DNA of 64,000 nt from positions 1,306,205-1,370,204 of the forward strand of contig ML996692.1 of assembly GCA_010356995.1 (NCBI GenBank), in the 5' to 3' direction. The DNA comes from Trichodelitschia bisporula (taxonomy: Eukaryota). The notes under the pieces are model-generated. The model saw only the letters and a program-made list of their open reading frames with translations, was not told the DNA's origin and ran no database searches. The position numbers were made by a program, and so were the translations under genes. Below, piece by piece: positions 63,601 through 64,000 of the stretch (positions within the stretch are counted from its first letter, which is position 1; the number at the start of each line of letters is the position of its first letter).

Positions 63601-64000
63601 CGGCAAGTCCGCGTATGTCGCCATGCGCGGGAATGTCTACGACCTCGGGAGCTTCATTCCCCGGCACTATCCGTCCATCATCCCGGCGACGATGCTTAAG
63701 AAATACGCTGGTATGGACGCAACGAATTTGTTCCCTGTTCAGGTTTCGGCGCTGTGCAACGGCAAAAGCGGCAGCATTGATCCATCGGTGCCGCTCAGCT
63801 TCAAGAGCTCCAACTATACCGGCCAGAACGTGCTCGTCAGCGGCTCGGACTTGAATGCGCGGTATCACGACTTCCGCGCGTGGACCAACGACTCGCGGCC
63901 CGATTGGTGGTGGGAGCAGCAGATGATGCTCAAGCACCAGTATCTCAAGGGACATATTGGATACTCGCCGCAGTATATCAAGACGCTCGGGAAGAAGCAG
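60679..64000 (+). CDS. csmA: Class V chitin synthase with myosin motor domain (CsmA/ChsV type), 3'-truncated by the window edge
   Basis: ATG 60679; intron 60993-61036; P-loop 'GESGTGKT', '[10 protein letters not shown]', 'DFPGF', 'FCLKPND', 'AWREKFAIN', b5-like 'VYDL...H'; frame stays open to the edge. Confidence 0.95.

Overview
GC-rich, intron-containing DNA from a filamentous ascomycete (Pezizomycotina; finer placement not possible here), with short GT...CTAAC...YAG introns. Gene names come from recognised motifs, not from database searches. The window holds about 19 intact protein genes and two tRNA genes (initiator tRNA-Met; intron-containing tRNA-Arg(ACG)). Conserved genes: ARH1-like ferredoxin reductase, CENP-L/Fta1-like protein, YVC1 TRP channel, AreB/Asd-4 GATA factor, CTK2-like cyclin, eEF2, LSB6, PMS1, SEC7, LAT1, an LsdA-like secreted protein, and the head-to-head class VII/class V chitin synthase pair (the class V gene runs off the right edge). 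Less routine observations: (1) a decayed BOS1 + M28 peptidase pair at the left edge; (2) an areB locus with a phase-consistent, AUG-less upstream exon (candidate ACG start), nested alternative starts and six GATA sites in about 110 bp; (3) a three-gene accessory block with a secreted PPPGGWGGGG-repeat protein, a small secreted protein and an O-methyltransferase with a triplicated start region; (4) three diverged copies of an LTR-like repeat; (5) pervasive C-rich-then-G-rich block structure. I found no convincing wholly new multi-gene system; the areB isoform architecture is the strongest lead.
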